DNA from: Octopus sinensis
Taxonomy: Eukaryota
Direction: 5' to 3'
Assembly (NCBI RefSeq): GCF_006345805.1
Contig: NC_043005.1
Span: 85,498,001-85,562,000, forward strand
DNA length: 64,000 nucleotides
This document shows positions 11,970-23,375 of the stretch, in pieces (the stretch's first letter is position 1; each line of letters begins with the position of its first letter). The notes beneath the pieces are model-generated. The model was not told the DNA's origin, did no database searches, and saw only the letters and a list, made by a program, of their open reading frames with translations. A program made the translations under genes and the position numbers.

Positions 11970-13120
11970 TACACACACACACATGCATGTGCACACACAC
12001 ACACACACATACAACATACATACATACATACATACATACATACATACATACGTACATACATGCATATATACATACACACACATACATACATGCATACATA
12101 CATGCATACATGCATACATACACACACATACATACATGCATACATACACACACATACATACATGCATACATACATACATACATACATACATACATACACA
12201 CACATACATACATACATACACACACATACATACATGCATACATACATACATACATACATACATACGTACATACATGCATATATACATACACACACATACA
12301 TACATGCATACATACATGCATACATACATACATACACACACATACATACATGCATACATACACACACATACATACATGCATACATACATACATACATACA
12401 TACATACAGATACACACTTACATACATACATACATGTATGCATACATGTATGCATACATGCATACATACATACATACACACACATGCATACATACATACA
12501 TACATATACATCATACTACATACATCATACATCCAGCACGTACTACATGCATATATACATACACCCACATACATACATGCATACATACATGCATACATAA
12601 ATACATAGCACACACATACATACATGCATACATACCACACATACATACATGCATACATACATTACATACATACATACATACATACACACACATACATAAC
12701 ATCATACACACACATACAACATGCATACATACATGCATACATACATACATACACACACATACATACATGCATACATACATACATACATACATACCATACC
12801 ACACAACATCAACATACATACACACAACACATACATATATGCATACATACATGCATACATACAGTCATACATACACACACATACATACATGCATACACAC
12901 ACACATACATCATACATAAATACATACATACATAAATACATACATACATACATACATACATGCATACACACACATACATACATGCATACATACATACATA
13001 CATACATACATACATACATAAATACATACATACATACATACATACATACATACATACATACATACATACATAAATACATACATACATGCATACATACATA
13101 CATGCAAACACACACACATA
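11970..13120. repeat. Long degenerate (CATA)n/(CA)n microsatellite
   Basis: CATA units interspersed with CACA and TGCA; source of the HTYI/MYVC pseudo-ORFs. Confidence 0.95.
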
Positions 13121-13371
13121 GGTTTGGTGATACAAGTAGGAAAATAAAACTCAAAATATGAGTATTTCAATGTTTTGTTTTAATAATCAAAAGAAGAAAC
13201 ACAGGAACTCAAAGACTGAGGGTTTTGTGCAGTGATGCTTATCATACCCTTTGCTCATGAGTCACTCTATAATTTATGCAAATTATCAATAACAGACGTG
13301 TGTGGTGTGGATACACACACATATACATCTCTCTCTCTCTCTCTTTATATATATATATATATATATATATA

Positions 13372-13840
13372 TGAGTGTGAGTGACAAAGTAATGCCATTT
13401 TGTTTGGGACAGGTATAATTACCAACACAGCAACATGTATCATACATCAAAATGAAGCTGACCCTCTGTGGACCACATCCTTGGATCACATCCCTACTTC
13501 TCAACATAGTCATCGTTTCTCTCGACAGCAATGTTCTACCTTTGAATGAGAGCATGTATCCCTGTCCTGTAAAATTCTGTTGACTGTTCTTTGAGCCACT
13601 TCTTCACTACAGTTTTCACTTCCCCATCACTGGAATAATGTTTGCCTCTCAAACCCTCTTTCATGGGGCCAAAGAGATGATAGTCTGATAAGGAAGTAAA
13701 AACTGTAGTGAAAAAGTGGCTCAAAGAACAGTCAATAGAATTTTATGGGGCAGGGATACATGCTCTCATTCAAAGGTGGAATATTGCTATTGAGAGAAAC
13801 GGTGACTATGTTGAAAGTAGGGATATGATCCACAGAGGGG
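13372..13840. mobile_element. Mariner 3' end relic with TIR and an inverted duplication of the transposase C-terminus
   Basis: TA|TGAGTGTGAGTGACAAAGTAATGCC TIR-like end at 13372; minus strand SDYHLFGPMKEGLRGKHYSSDGEVKTVVKKWLKEQ; plus strand 13690-13840 repeats KKWLKEQS.EFY..GIHALIQRWNIAIERNGDYVE. Confidence 0.85.
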
Positions 13841-13846
13841 CAACTT

Positions 13847-13927
<81 letters not shown>

Positions 13928-13936
13928 ATATATATA

Positions 13937-13989
<53 letters not shown>

Positions 13990-13997
13990 ATATATAT

Positions 13998-14028
<31 letters not shown>

Positions 14029-14039
14029 TATTATATTTT

Positions 14040-14344
14040 GGAGGCGCAATGGCCCAGTGGTTAGGGCAGCGGACTCGCGGTTGTAGGATCACGGATTCGA
14101 TTCCCAGACCGGGCGTTGTGAGTATTTATTGAGTGAAAACACCTAGAAGCTCCACGATGCTCCGGCAGAGTTTGGTGATCCCTTCTGTTCTCTTTCACCA
14201 CTCTTTTTCCCACTCTTTCTTCTGTCGGCCTGCTCGCTTAGCTAGTGGGGTGGCGTCATTCGAAGGCTAAAACAATGTGAACGCATTGTGACCAGCGATG
14301 TGTAACAACATCTGATGGTCTGGTCGGTCACGTGATCACGTGAT
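14040..14344 (+). mobile_element. tRNA-derived SINE family 3 (head) with cacgtgat-repeat tail
   Basis: GGAGGCGCAATGGCCCAGTGGTTAGGGCAGCGG...GATTCGATTCCC A/B boxes; same head at 63858(-) but with a different tail. Confidence 0.85.
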
Positions 14345-14348
14345 ATAT

Positions 14349-14383
<35 letters not shown>

Positions 14384-15609
14384 CACAGTGTGTGTGTGTG
14401 TGTGTGTGAAATGTATCCATATCTTTATTGCTTGTATAATGGATGGTTTGAAATTAAACAACTATTTTTACAGGAAATTGACAACCCAAGATATAAAAAA
14501 TATTAAGTGAAACCCAGATCACATAAGAGTCAGATCTGCTTTCAAAGGGTCAATTTAATCACATGCAATAAAAACAGAATCTCCCACACCACATTATAAC
14601 CAATATATTTAGACAATGGGTTTTGATCATAGGAATCAGCCTTGACTATTGATACACATATATACACACTTGCATGAATGTATGTGTCCACAGAAACAGA
14701 CACACATTTATTAGCAATCTCTAGTATGAATAGTGAACTCATTATTATTCCTTCAAATTGCAAATCTACAATGTTCTTTTGTGTACACTGTGTAACACAT
14801 TGTTATATATGATTATTATTATTATTATAGTGCTGCTAATACTCTGCAGGTTTCAATTAGAGCTTGACCACTGACAGTATTTTGTCAGACACAATCATTG
14901 TAATCAGGGATTATAACATTAGATTTTATCAGCTGGGAGAAATGAATTAGCATATATTTTCCATTTTTCTTTGCTGATGGCTAATTGTTTAACACATAAT
15001 GAAATTCTTGTATCTAGAAGCTTCCCAACTATTTTTAGTAGGAATATAGCAATAATTATAGTGTGATGAACTCTGGAAATAAGATGAAATCTTTTAATTA
15101 TATTCCTATTATTGCGGTATATAGCTTGATTTACTACTATCACCTTCAGCATCATCTGTACCCCGACAACAATCACTACTCTATCACAACCATCATCATC
15201 ATCACTTCCAAGCTACCATTATCTTTCTCCTCCTCCACCTCCTCTTCCGCCTCCTCCTCTTCTTACCATCTCTCCCCATGCATGTATGCCCTCCCACACA
15301 CACGGAGTAGTCTATGTATTATAGGTCCATTGTAGTCAATTTTACAAATTGGTTTTGCATTGGATACTTGATAACCAGACAATTATCAAATAACTGTGTT
15401 CATCAGAACATATTTGAAAATGGCTTTGGGAACTCCAGGAAATAACATGCAAGATAAATTTTCAATTTATTGAAAGTATTTCTGCTCCAGAGAGTGTAAA
15501 CTTAGTGTAAAACAATTGCTTTACGCCAAAAGATACCAAATCCGAGTGAGAAAGGAAGATAATTTCAAGAAATAAGAAGCCATTAAGGAAAAGACATTCA
15601 TTGTTTTAT

Positions 15610-15808
15610 AGTTTAGAGATGAGGAATTATTTACTTTATTTACATTATTTACATTATTAACATTTGACGGATATTCATCCTCATCTTGTTTGTTAACACG
15701 TTTCGGCTGATATATCCTCCAGCCTTCATCAGGTGTCTTGGGGAAATTTTGAAACTGGGTTCTCATTTCTAAGGTATTTTTCGATGTCATTATTTATTAT
15801 TATTATTA

Positions 15809-15845
<37 letters not shown>

Positions 15846-15914
15846 TTATTATTATATTATTATTATTATATTATTATTATGGTTGTTATTGTTATTGTTA
15901 ATGTTGTTGTTGTT

Positions 15915-15946
<32 letters not shown>

Positions 15947-15954
15947 TATTATTA

Positions 15955-16022
<68 letters not shown>

Positions 16023-16095
16023 ATCAATGCCTGGAATCGAACTCGGAATTTTGGGGTTAGTACCCCGCGCTCTTAACCACTATGCCAGATGCCCG
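15610..16095 (-). mobile_element. Composite element: tRNA-like head + long (AAT/GAT)n + HHR-bearing pLTR family 1
   Basis: Minus strand GGGCATCTGGCATAGTGGTTAAGAGCGCGGGGTACTAACCCCAAAATTCCGAGTTCGATTCCAGG (16021-16095), microsatellite 15790-16020, then gacatcgaaaaataccttag...GACAC-CTGATGA-A-GGCTG..CAGCC-GAAACGTGTT (15695-15736; GTT deleted next to cleavage site). Confidence 0.65.
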
Positions 16096-16209
16096 TCTGA
16101 AAGTGGGAGTTAAGTGAGGATGAGGAAGATACAATTGCAGAGACGAGAAAACGATCTTCTGACTCTCCCTGCCATCTATCCTAGTGTAGTTGGAATCTGA
16201 GAAGGTGCG

Positions 16210-16500
16210 TGGGTCAGCTGCTAGGGTTTTCGACTCATGATGAGAAGGTCATGAGATCAATTCCTTGCAGCGTATTGTGTCCTTGAGCAAGACACTTTAT
16301 TTCACCTTGCCACAGTCCACTTAGCTGGCAAAAACAAGCTGAATCTGCAATTCAAAAGGTTGGCTTTCTCATATTCTGTGCTACTGAATCTCCTTCAGAA
16401 TTACGTTAAGGGTATGTGTATCTGTGGAGGGCTCAGCTGCTTGCACATTAATATTAATAAGCACAGGCTATTCAGTCGATCAGATCAACTAGAATACTTG
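16210..16500 (+). mobile_element. Decayed SINE with family-2 body and family-3-type tail
   Basis: ttgtgtccttgagcaagacactttatttc followed by gaatctcc...ttacgttaagggta..tgt.tctgtggag; same combination at 58480-58730(-). Confidence 0.6.
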
Positions 16501-16586
16501 ACACACACACACAAACACACACATATATGTGTAGGTATATTTCTGTATATATATGTATGTATATATATATATATATGTATATATAT

Positions 16587-16657
<71 letters not shown>

Positions 16658-16659
16658 TA

Positions 16660-17087
16660 ATAAAAGGAATTCCAACCTTGGCTGATTTTCATGTTTTATT
16701 TACAATCTTAATAATATAAGATAATATAATATAATAAAATAAAATAAAATAATAGAATGTTAAATGTTCATTCTGATTGAGCTAGTACTTTCATGCATTA
16801 AATTCTGCAATCTTCAGGTTCATGTAGTAGTGGTGACAGTCATGCTTCACAATTTTTGACTGTAACGAGATGATTGAATCTGTGCTTTAAATACAGCTGT
16901 GTAGGTTCCAGATGCTAGGTTTTGCAAACTGTATTCTGACCAATCAGTGTGTAGTATCACTCAATTACTTAAGCTGATTGGTTGGTTGAGCTGATTGGTT
17001 TAGGCGTCACGCTTTGTTGGACATGTCAAGAGTCCTGTATCTTAACCCTGGCCAAAGCAGCAATTGTTAGCCCAACAATATATAGCC

Positions 17088-17090
<3 letters not shown>
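16660..17090 (-). mobile_element. Solo PLE-type pLTR with CCAAT boxes, TATA-like box and hammerhead
   Basis: Minus strand order: ccaatcag x2, gattggtcag, gtatttaaag, ~70 nt later the HHR at 16779-16821, then an AT-rich tail into (TA)n. Confidence 0.6.
16779..16821 (-). ncRNA. Type I hammerhead ribozyme motif
   Basis: GAAC-CUGAAGA-U-UGCA(gaauuuaa)UGCA-U-GAAA-GUAC-UA-GCUC: palindromic AGUACU helix III, CUA triplet, helix I with one A.C mismatch. Confidence 0.75.
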
Positions 17091-17127
<37 letters not shown>

Positions 17128-17184
17128 ATGATAGATCGCTTGCCACTAAACCTTCATTATCTATCCCTGTTTATTTCTCCGTTC

Positions 17185-17220
17185 CTTTCTGTCGAAGAGC
17201 GTAGGCTCGAAATGTAAAAG
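17185..17220 (+). ncRNA. Hammerhead-like motif, variant core CUGUCGA (pLTR family 2)
   Basis: CUUU-CUGUCGA-A-GAGC(guag)GCUC-GAAA-UG-UA-AAAG; helix I CUUU/AAAG; helix III palindrome mutated (AUGU). Confidence 0.55.
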
Positions 17221-17367
17221 ACTTTCTCACTTCTCAATCGTTAAACTAATACGTCTGTTTGTTGTTTACACACCCTTTTGTTTTTTTTTTTGTAAATTCT
17301 CACTATATATATATATCGGTGCCCCAGCATGGCCACAGCTCATGAGCTGAAACTAGAATCAATCAGA

Positions 17368-17398
<31 letters not shown>

Positions 17399-17750
17399 GT
17401 ATTATATGTATATGTGTGTGGTGTGTGTGTGTGTTGTGTTTGTGTGTTGTGTGTGTGTGTGTAGAAATATAATTTTTTTTTTCAGAATAAGATAAAAAAG
17501 ACCAAGACTGTGAAGATTTTAGAACATTTATAAAGATGTCTTACAGCTGTTTCCAGTTTTAGATAGTATTGACCAATTTTAGATACTATTGGATTTTACT
17601 CACAAAGTATTGGAATCTTACATGTATACCATTCTGCCTAAATAATGGATCTACAAATGCAATATCCTTGCATATCTCACATCTATTTTCTTTCCTTCGC
17701 TTCACTCTCTATTTCGTACTTAACTATTGTTTAACCATTTTCTCACACCA

Positions 17751-17796
17751 TCTCTGATGAAGCGATATAATAAATATCCTGGAAACAGCTGTAAGA
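17751..17796 (+). ncRNA. Type I hammerhead ribozyme motif (pLTR family 4)
   Basis: UCU-CUGAUGA-AGC-GAUAU(aauaa)AUAUC-CUG-GAAA-CAGCUG-UA-AGA; 8-nt palindrome ACAGCUGU, GUA triplet; 3' half repeated inverted at 17461-17556. Confidence 0.65.
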
Positions 17797-18026
17797 CCTA
17801 TATATAAATGTTCTAAAATCTTCACAGCCTTGGGTTTTTTTTATCTCATTCTGAAAAAAAATTATATCCACACGCTGATATATGACCTACGTTGGAGCTC
17901 TTATTAGCATAGTCACCGAACCTGGTGTTTTAACTATGGTCTATCCATAGCACTTACTCAGCATTACCTGACACCTTTGGGGTCTACTGACACCATTACC
18001 TCTCATATATATATATATAATTATAT

Positions 18027-18071
<45 letters not shown>

Positions 18072-18244
18072 ATATATATATATTATATAATATATATATA
18101 TTATATATATATAATATATATAACATTATATACATTATATAATATATACATGCATGTGTGTGTGTGTGTGTGTGTATTTCAGTAGAGTTATAAATTGTAA
18201 TAATTTTGTAATTATACTGATATATAAATTAACCATTAAGGTAT

Positions 18245-19474
18245 TTTTAGTACACTGGCAATGGATAAATCATTAGATAATGACTTTATCCTAATTATGC
18301 ATATGTGTATAGGTAAAACACATACAAAGTTATACCTGAAAACGTTAATGAGTTAGTTAATAGACTTATATCCACAGTAGAAAGGTTAAGTGGTTTAGAA
18401 GTGGAAGAAAAAGATAAAAATCCTTAAACTTCTTTTGATTCCTGGATTACATAAAGTTCATTTTAAATGTAGATTTATAGCAGAAGCTAGTGACTATACA
18501 AATAACAGCTAGCTATATTGGTTAATGGTGCTTTAAAAGTTGTTAGAACGTATTTAAAAAATATTGTGATAAAATTTATAACAGTTCAAGAATGAATTAT
18601 TTCTGGAGTATTAGATCAACTAAAGAATCTCTGGATAGACTGATTAAATACAAGAAGGTTAAGAGCACGTATGTGTATGATGTTTCGACACTATATACAA
18701 ACTTAAATCTTAAATGTGCGTAACATGATATTTTTAGAATATTAGTTATTATTTTTAATAAAGGACATAAATGTGTATCTTTAAAGAATGGTAAAGGTTC
18801 CTTGTCTAATTGTTGTTATAAGGGATATACTAATATAAGTAAAAGAAATATCAAAGAAATGGCTAGTTTTAATTTTAATAATTCGTTTGTAATGTTTGTG
18901 GGTATGGTGTTTGAGCAAGTTAGGGGAATTCGCACTTGGTGGCAATTGTAGCCCTCTGTTGGCGGACCTTTATCTTTCTTCGTGCAAGTTCCTTTTTCTT
19001 AAAGACCTTCATGCGAGGAAAAAGATTGGTTAACTTAAACAACTTAATGGATGCTGCAGATACGTAGATCATATATTTATACCTAATTATGGTTTCTTTG
19101 AATTTTTACTCAGAAATATATACCCTGGTGCGCTTATATCCATCGGAAATGGTAACAATATAAGGGATATTAATTATTTAGATGTTAGTTTAGCAATTAA
19201 GGATAATAATGAAGTATGTACTGATATTTATAATAAAACAGAAGATTTTGGTTTCCAAGTGGCTTCAATGCCATGGTTCTGTAGTAGAATTCTTTCTTTT
19301 ATTGATTAGGGCAAATTGTTAGATATATTGCTTTTATTACTAATGCTAATAGATTTTTGGAAAAAATAAATAAACTGTTTAGACATTTAGTAAAAGAAGG
19401 GTATAGATATGGTAGATGGGTTAAAACTTTTAACCGCTGTTCAGGTGGGAGACTTGAAATTTTAAATAAATATG
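18245..19474 (+). mobile_element. Decayed Penelope-like reverse transcriptase
   Basis: Across frames: LIPGLHKVHFKCRFIA (cf. WIPKLHK.PYK.RFIA), YDVSTLYTNL (YDFSTLYT), GI[P]LGGNCSPLLADLYL (GIPMG.NC.PLLADL), CRYVDHI (RYIDD), YLDVSL...DIYNKTEDFGF (FLD...YDKRDDFNF); mostly absent from the ORF track because of stops. Confidence 0.8.
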
Positions 19475-19878
19475 GGAGTGGCTGTGTGGTAAGTAGCTTG
19501 TTTACCAACCACATGGTTCCGGGTTCAGTTCCACTGCGTGGCACCTTGGGCAAGTGTCTTCTACTATAGCCTCGGGCCGACCAAAGCCTTGTGAGTGGAT
19601 TTGGTAGATGGAAACTGAAAAGAAGCCCGTTGTATATATGTATATATATATATGTGTGTGTGTGTGCGTGCATGTTTGTGTTTGTCCCCCTAGCATTGCT
19701 TGACAATCGATGCTGGTGTGTTTATGTCCCCGTCACTTAGCGGTTCGGCAAAAGAATAAGTACTGGGCTTACAATGAATAAGTCCCGGGGTTGAGTTGCT
19801 CGATTAAAGGCGGTGCTCCAGCATGGCCGCAGTCAAATGACTGAAACAAGTAAAAGAGTTAAAAAAGAGTAAAAGAGT
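19475..19878 (+). mobile_element. Full-length SINE family 1 inserted into the Penelope-like element
   Basis: Near-consensus head, body and (TAAAAGAG)n tail. Confidence 0.9.
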
Positions 19879-20429
19879 ATCTAGTCTTCAACTTAGCAAA
19901 TATTTGTAAAGATTTGGAATGTTTACGATTCAAGTTGCTTACTACGTCACCAATATTATTTAAGACAATTGAGGAAATAGTAATAACGCACTATGTTATC
20001 AATAGTCAAGACAGTCCTTTTAAATTCTTGACGATGGAACCGCGTCTCTGATAAAACATGTAAGTGTTAATACTTGCAGTCTTATTATCTTTCAAACAGT
20101 TTTAATTAGCTTTAAACACAGCAAGGTTTTATAATAATAGTTAATTACACGTACTTTTATTAGTTTCTATTGAATAAAATTCAATGTTTCTATTAGTTAC
20201 TGGAAATTTAATATTATAACTTGTAGTGGTGACATATCAATGAGTATGTAATGTTTTATTATTAGCTTTTGAATGATGAATTAATGTATTTCACTCATAA
20301 TTATTATATATTATTAGTTAAATTAAATTCAGTCATGTTTGTTTTATTTCGGAAAGACTTATATAAAAAGATTTAAGGTTTTTACATTATTTACTTTTGA
20401 TAGATATTTGTCCTCATCTTGTTTGTTGT

Positions 20430-20475
20430 TACACAACGTTTCGGCAGATATACTCTCCAGCCTTCATCAGGTATC
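20430..20475 (-). ncRNA. Type I hammerhead ribozyme motif, pLTR family 1
   Basis: GAUAC-CUGAUGA-A-GGCUG(gagaguauau)CUGCC-GAAA-CG-UU-GUGUA; core intact; pLTR context ~20385-20515. Confidence 0.75.
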
Positions 20476-20556
20476 TTGGGGAAATTTCGAACCTGGGTTC
20501 TCATTCCTAAGGTGTATATATATATTATATATATATATATATATAATATACACACA

Positions 20557-21791
20557 CAGTTTTGCAGATAAATTGAGACAACTTTTACGATGCATAACAC
20601 TGGTTATAAATACTAAAATAATGGTAGCAGACAGATATAATTTTAATGAAGCATTTATTACAACAAAATCATTTATCACTCAATATGGCCGTCCTTTTGG
20701 ACTATTACAGTTTCCACACGAGAACGGAAACTTTTTGCAGTTGCCGCAACCTTTGCCTTTTTGATTTTGCGTGTCGCACGCACGATGCAAGTTTTCAAGT
20801 GTGGTGAAGCATTGGTCCTTGCTTGCAGTACGCCCCATAAAAGGCAATCGAGAAGGTTGAGATCTGGGCTATTATTGGACCAGATTCAGCCCTCATAAAA
20901 CATGGCACCTTCTCACCAAAGAAGGCCTGTGTTACTTTCGACTAATGGCATGATGCAGAATCTTGGATAAGTACCACATTGTCAAGCCCAAACATCTACT
21001 CCATCCAAAGTAACAAAGAGTTCTTCAGGATGTCCAGATATATTTTCGTGCCGATCTTCAAACCAGACTCAATGAAGTGTAGATCCATGACACTTCCATC
21101 ACTCGCCACGGCTCCAAATACCATCACAGAGACCAGATTCTTAGTCTCAAACACAAAGGGGACGTCAGAAGGGTTGTAGGCAATCACTCGAGAATTTCTG
21201 CGATTCACCTCAGCGTCCACAATGAACGTCTTCCCATTTACAAACACGAGTTTTCCTGCACGTTGATGCTTGATGGATGAAAGAAGCTTTGGGTATCTCT
21301 CGGCTCTGATTGCTTTGGCCTTGGCTGTTAGGAGGTGACGGCGTTGTCTAACATAATTAGTCATACCAAGGTTCCAGGTTACAGCTCTGGACATGGTGGA
21401 GAGGGACACTGCGTTTTTTTGAAAGTGTTATCATGGATGTGGATGGGTGGGCTTCAATCGTGCGTTTAAGGCCAGCGAGAAACTTTGAGTTACGCTTGGA
21501 ATCATTCTGAGTCTTATGTTCTTTTCTATCAATATTTTCCTCTTCTTTAAATTGTTTATACACAAGATAAACTATTGCTTTTAGAAGTTTTGTCAACTTA
21601 ACAAATCTATTGGCAGTGTGCGGAATCATCCTGTTGTGCCATGACTTTCTATTGCCGAATCAGTTCGTTATTTACCTGCAAAATTTAGAGGAGGATTGGG
21701 TTTTCAAGCAAGCAATGTCTTGTCAAAAAGTGAAGTGTTAAACCCACTAAACCAACTGCTTAGAATTGGTGTCAATTTATCTGCAAGACCC
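20557..21791 (-). mobile_element. Tc1/mariner superfamily DD37D (maT-type) transposon, complete but decayed
   Basis: TIRs cagttttgcagataaattgagacaac (20557) / aattggtgtcaatttatctgcaagaccc|ta (21791); transposase ..KTFIVDAEVNRRNSRV..SVMVFGAVASDG..; QD...WSNNSPDLNLLD gives 37 residues between 2nd and 3rd Asp after restoring one 1-nt deletion. Confidence 0.85.
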
Positions 21792-21899
21792 TATATATAT
21801 ATATTATATATATATATATATAATATATATATATATATCTGTGTGTGTGACTAGGATGGCCAGTTCATATCTCATGTATGAATGATATTAGAATTCCGC

Positions 21900-22095
21900 T
21901 GCTGTACTAAATGGAAACTTTACTTGTCATTGTCGCTTTGCGGCATGGAGCAAAGCAGGCCTTGCTGTACACTCAAGAAAACACATAGCAAATAATCCAC
22001 AAGCACCCGAACAAACGTAGTCCTCAACTTGTTCTATTTCGAAAATGGTTTGCAAGGCACCAGCAGACCGCAAGAGACATATTTGTGTCCACAGA
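21900..22095 (+). mobile_element. Possible LINE (RTE-like) C-terminal zinc-finger relic
   Basis: FTCHCRFAAWSKAGLAVHSRKH...TCSISKMVCKAPADRKRHICVH, two decayed C2H2-like motifs with an in-frame stop. Confidence 0.4.
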
Positions 22096-22374
22096 ACATG
22101 ATTAATGCTTTATTTTACTGAACCCTCATTTGTCGTCCACGACGGTAGAATCCATCATATGTCAAGCCTGTGTTTATCTGCATTAGATACATCCATGTCA
22201 GTTCACCTGGATTTCCCTTATAGCCGTAAAGCCACTTTACGCGCCGTGGATCTAGTCCTGGATGAAGAATTCATAGTTCAATTCATTCGAGTACACTACA
22301 TGTCTTTACTGAGCATATTTAGCTCTCACCTGTTGTCTGAGTGTGTATGTATGTATGTATATGTATGTATATAT

Positions 22375-22687
22375 ATATGGGATTGCACCTAGAAAGTTAC
22401 CCTCTTAGACACAAGTCCGGGCAAGGTTGTTTTTTATGGAAGACCAGCAGTCGCCCATGCATACCAGCCTCCCCTCTCCACGCCACCAGTGTTATCCAAG
22501 GGAAAGACAAAGGTCGATACAGCTTGGCACCAGTGACGTCGCAACTTATTTCTACAGCTGAGTGAACTGGAGCAACGTGAAATAAAGTGACTTGCTCAAG
22601 AACACAACACGCAGCCCGGTCCGGGATTCGAGCTCACAACCTCACGATCGTAAGCTCGACGCTCTAACCACTGAGCCATGCTCCTTC
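22375..22687 (-). mobile_element. Young-looking SINE family 2 copy
   Basis: Intact A/B-box head (gctcagtggttagagcgtcgagc...gagctcgaatcccgg) and body. Confidence 0.9.
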
Positions 22688-22902
22688 ACTCGTGTTTGTA
22701 AATGGGAAGACGTTCATTGTGGACGCTGAGGTGAATCGCAGAAATTCTCGAGTGATTGCCTACAACCCTTCTGACGTCCCCTTTGTGTTTGAGACTAAGA
22801 ATCTGGTCTCTGTGATGGTATTTGGAGCCGTGGCGAGTGATGGAAGTGTCATGGATCTACACTTCATTGAGTCTGGTTTGAAGATCGGCACGAAAATATA
22901 TC
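22688..22902 (+). repeat. 215-bp inverted, identical copy of 21037-21251 (maT transposase)
   Basis: Base-by-base comparison shows no differences, including the degenerate FVNGKTF and MDLHF changes. Confidence 0.9.
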
Positions 22903-22982
<80 letters not shown>

Positions 22983-23141
22983 GTATATGTATATATATAT
23001 ATGTATATAGTATATATATTGTATATGTATATGTATATATAATATATATATATATGTAGGTCCCGGGTTGATTCGGGGTTAACCACAGTAAATAAGGTAC
23101 TCAATACATAGCAGAGTAAAATTAATTTATTATATAGAAGG

Positions 23142-23192
23142 AGCTTCTACAGGACTAGAACTGTTTCATTCAAGAGAAATCTTCAGGAAGCT
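23142..23192 (-). ncRNA. Type I hammerhead ribozyme motif with monomer-foldable helix III
   Basis: AGCUUC-CUGAAGA-U-UUC(ucuu)GAA-U-GAAA-CAG(uucuaguc)CUG-UA-GAAGCU; 6-bp helix I, 4-bp helix III, GUA triplet. Confidence 0.8.
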
Positions 23193-23375
23193 AGTTAACA
23201 AGAATTGTATTGGCATTTATACATTTAGGCAGGTTTAAAGGGGTGGTGGTGGGGGGGACTTTTTGGGGGTAGGCATAGCGCAAAATATCATACTTGGGGG
23301 AGTGGTCAATGAGTCAGTGATAAATTAGATAAAAGAATAAATAAAAAAATAAAAAGGAACCTAGCCAACAACAAT

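Noticed and set aside
11744-13170. Long ORFs (up to 391 aa) of HTYI/MYVC repeats; similar at 24138-25700, 43573-44100, 56179-56825
   Set aside because: Stop-free translations of microsatellites in several frames at once; no protein signal.
16021-16095. Functional tRNA gene
   Set aside because: A and B boxes are present but the acceptor stem does not pair and the anticodon arm is irregular; treated as a SINE head, as are all other tRNA-like strings.
20025-20070. Expected HHR at the 3' end of the PLE RT relic (CUUGACGA...AAACAUGUA)
   Set aside because: Core and helices too degenerate to call.
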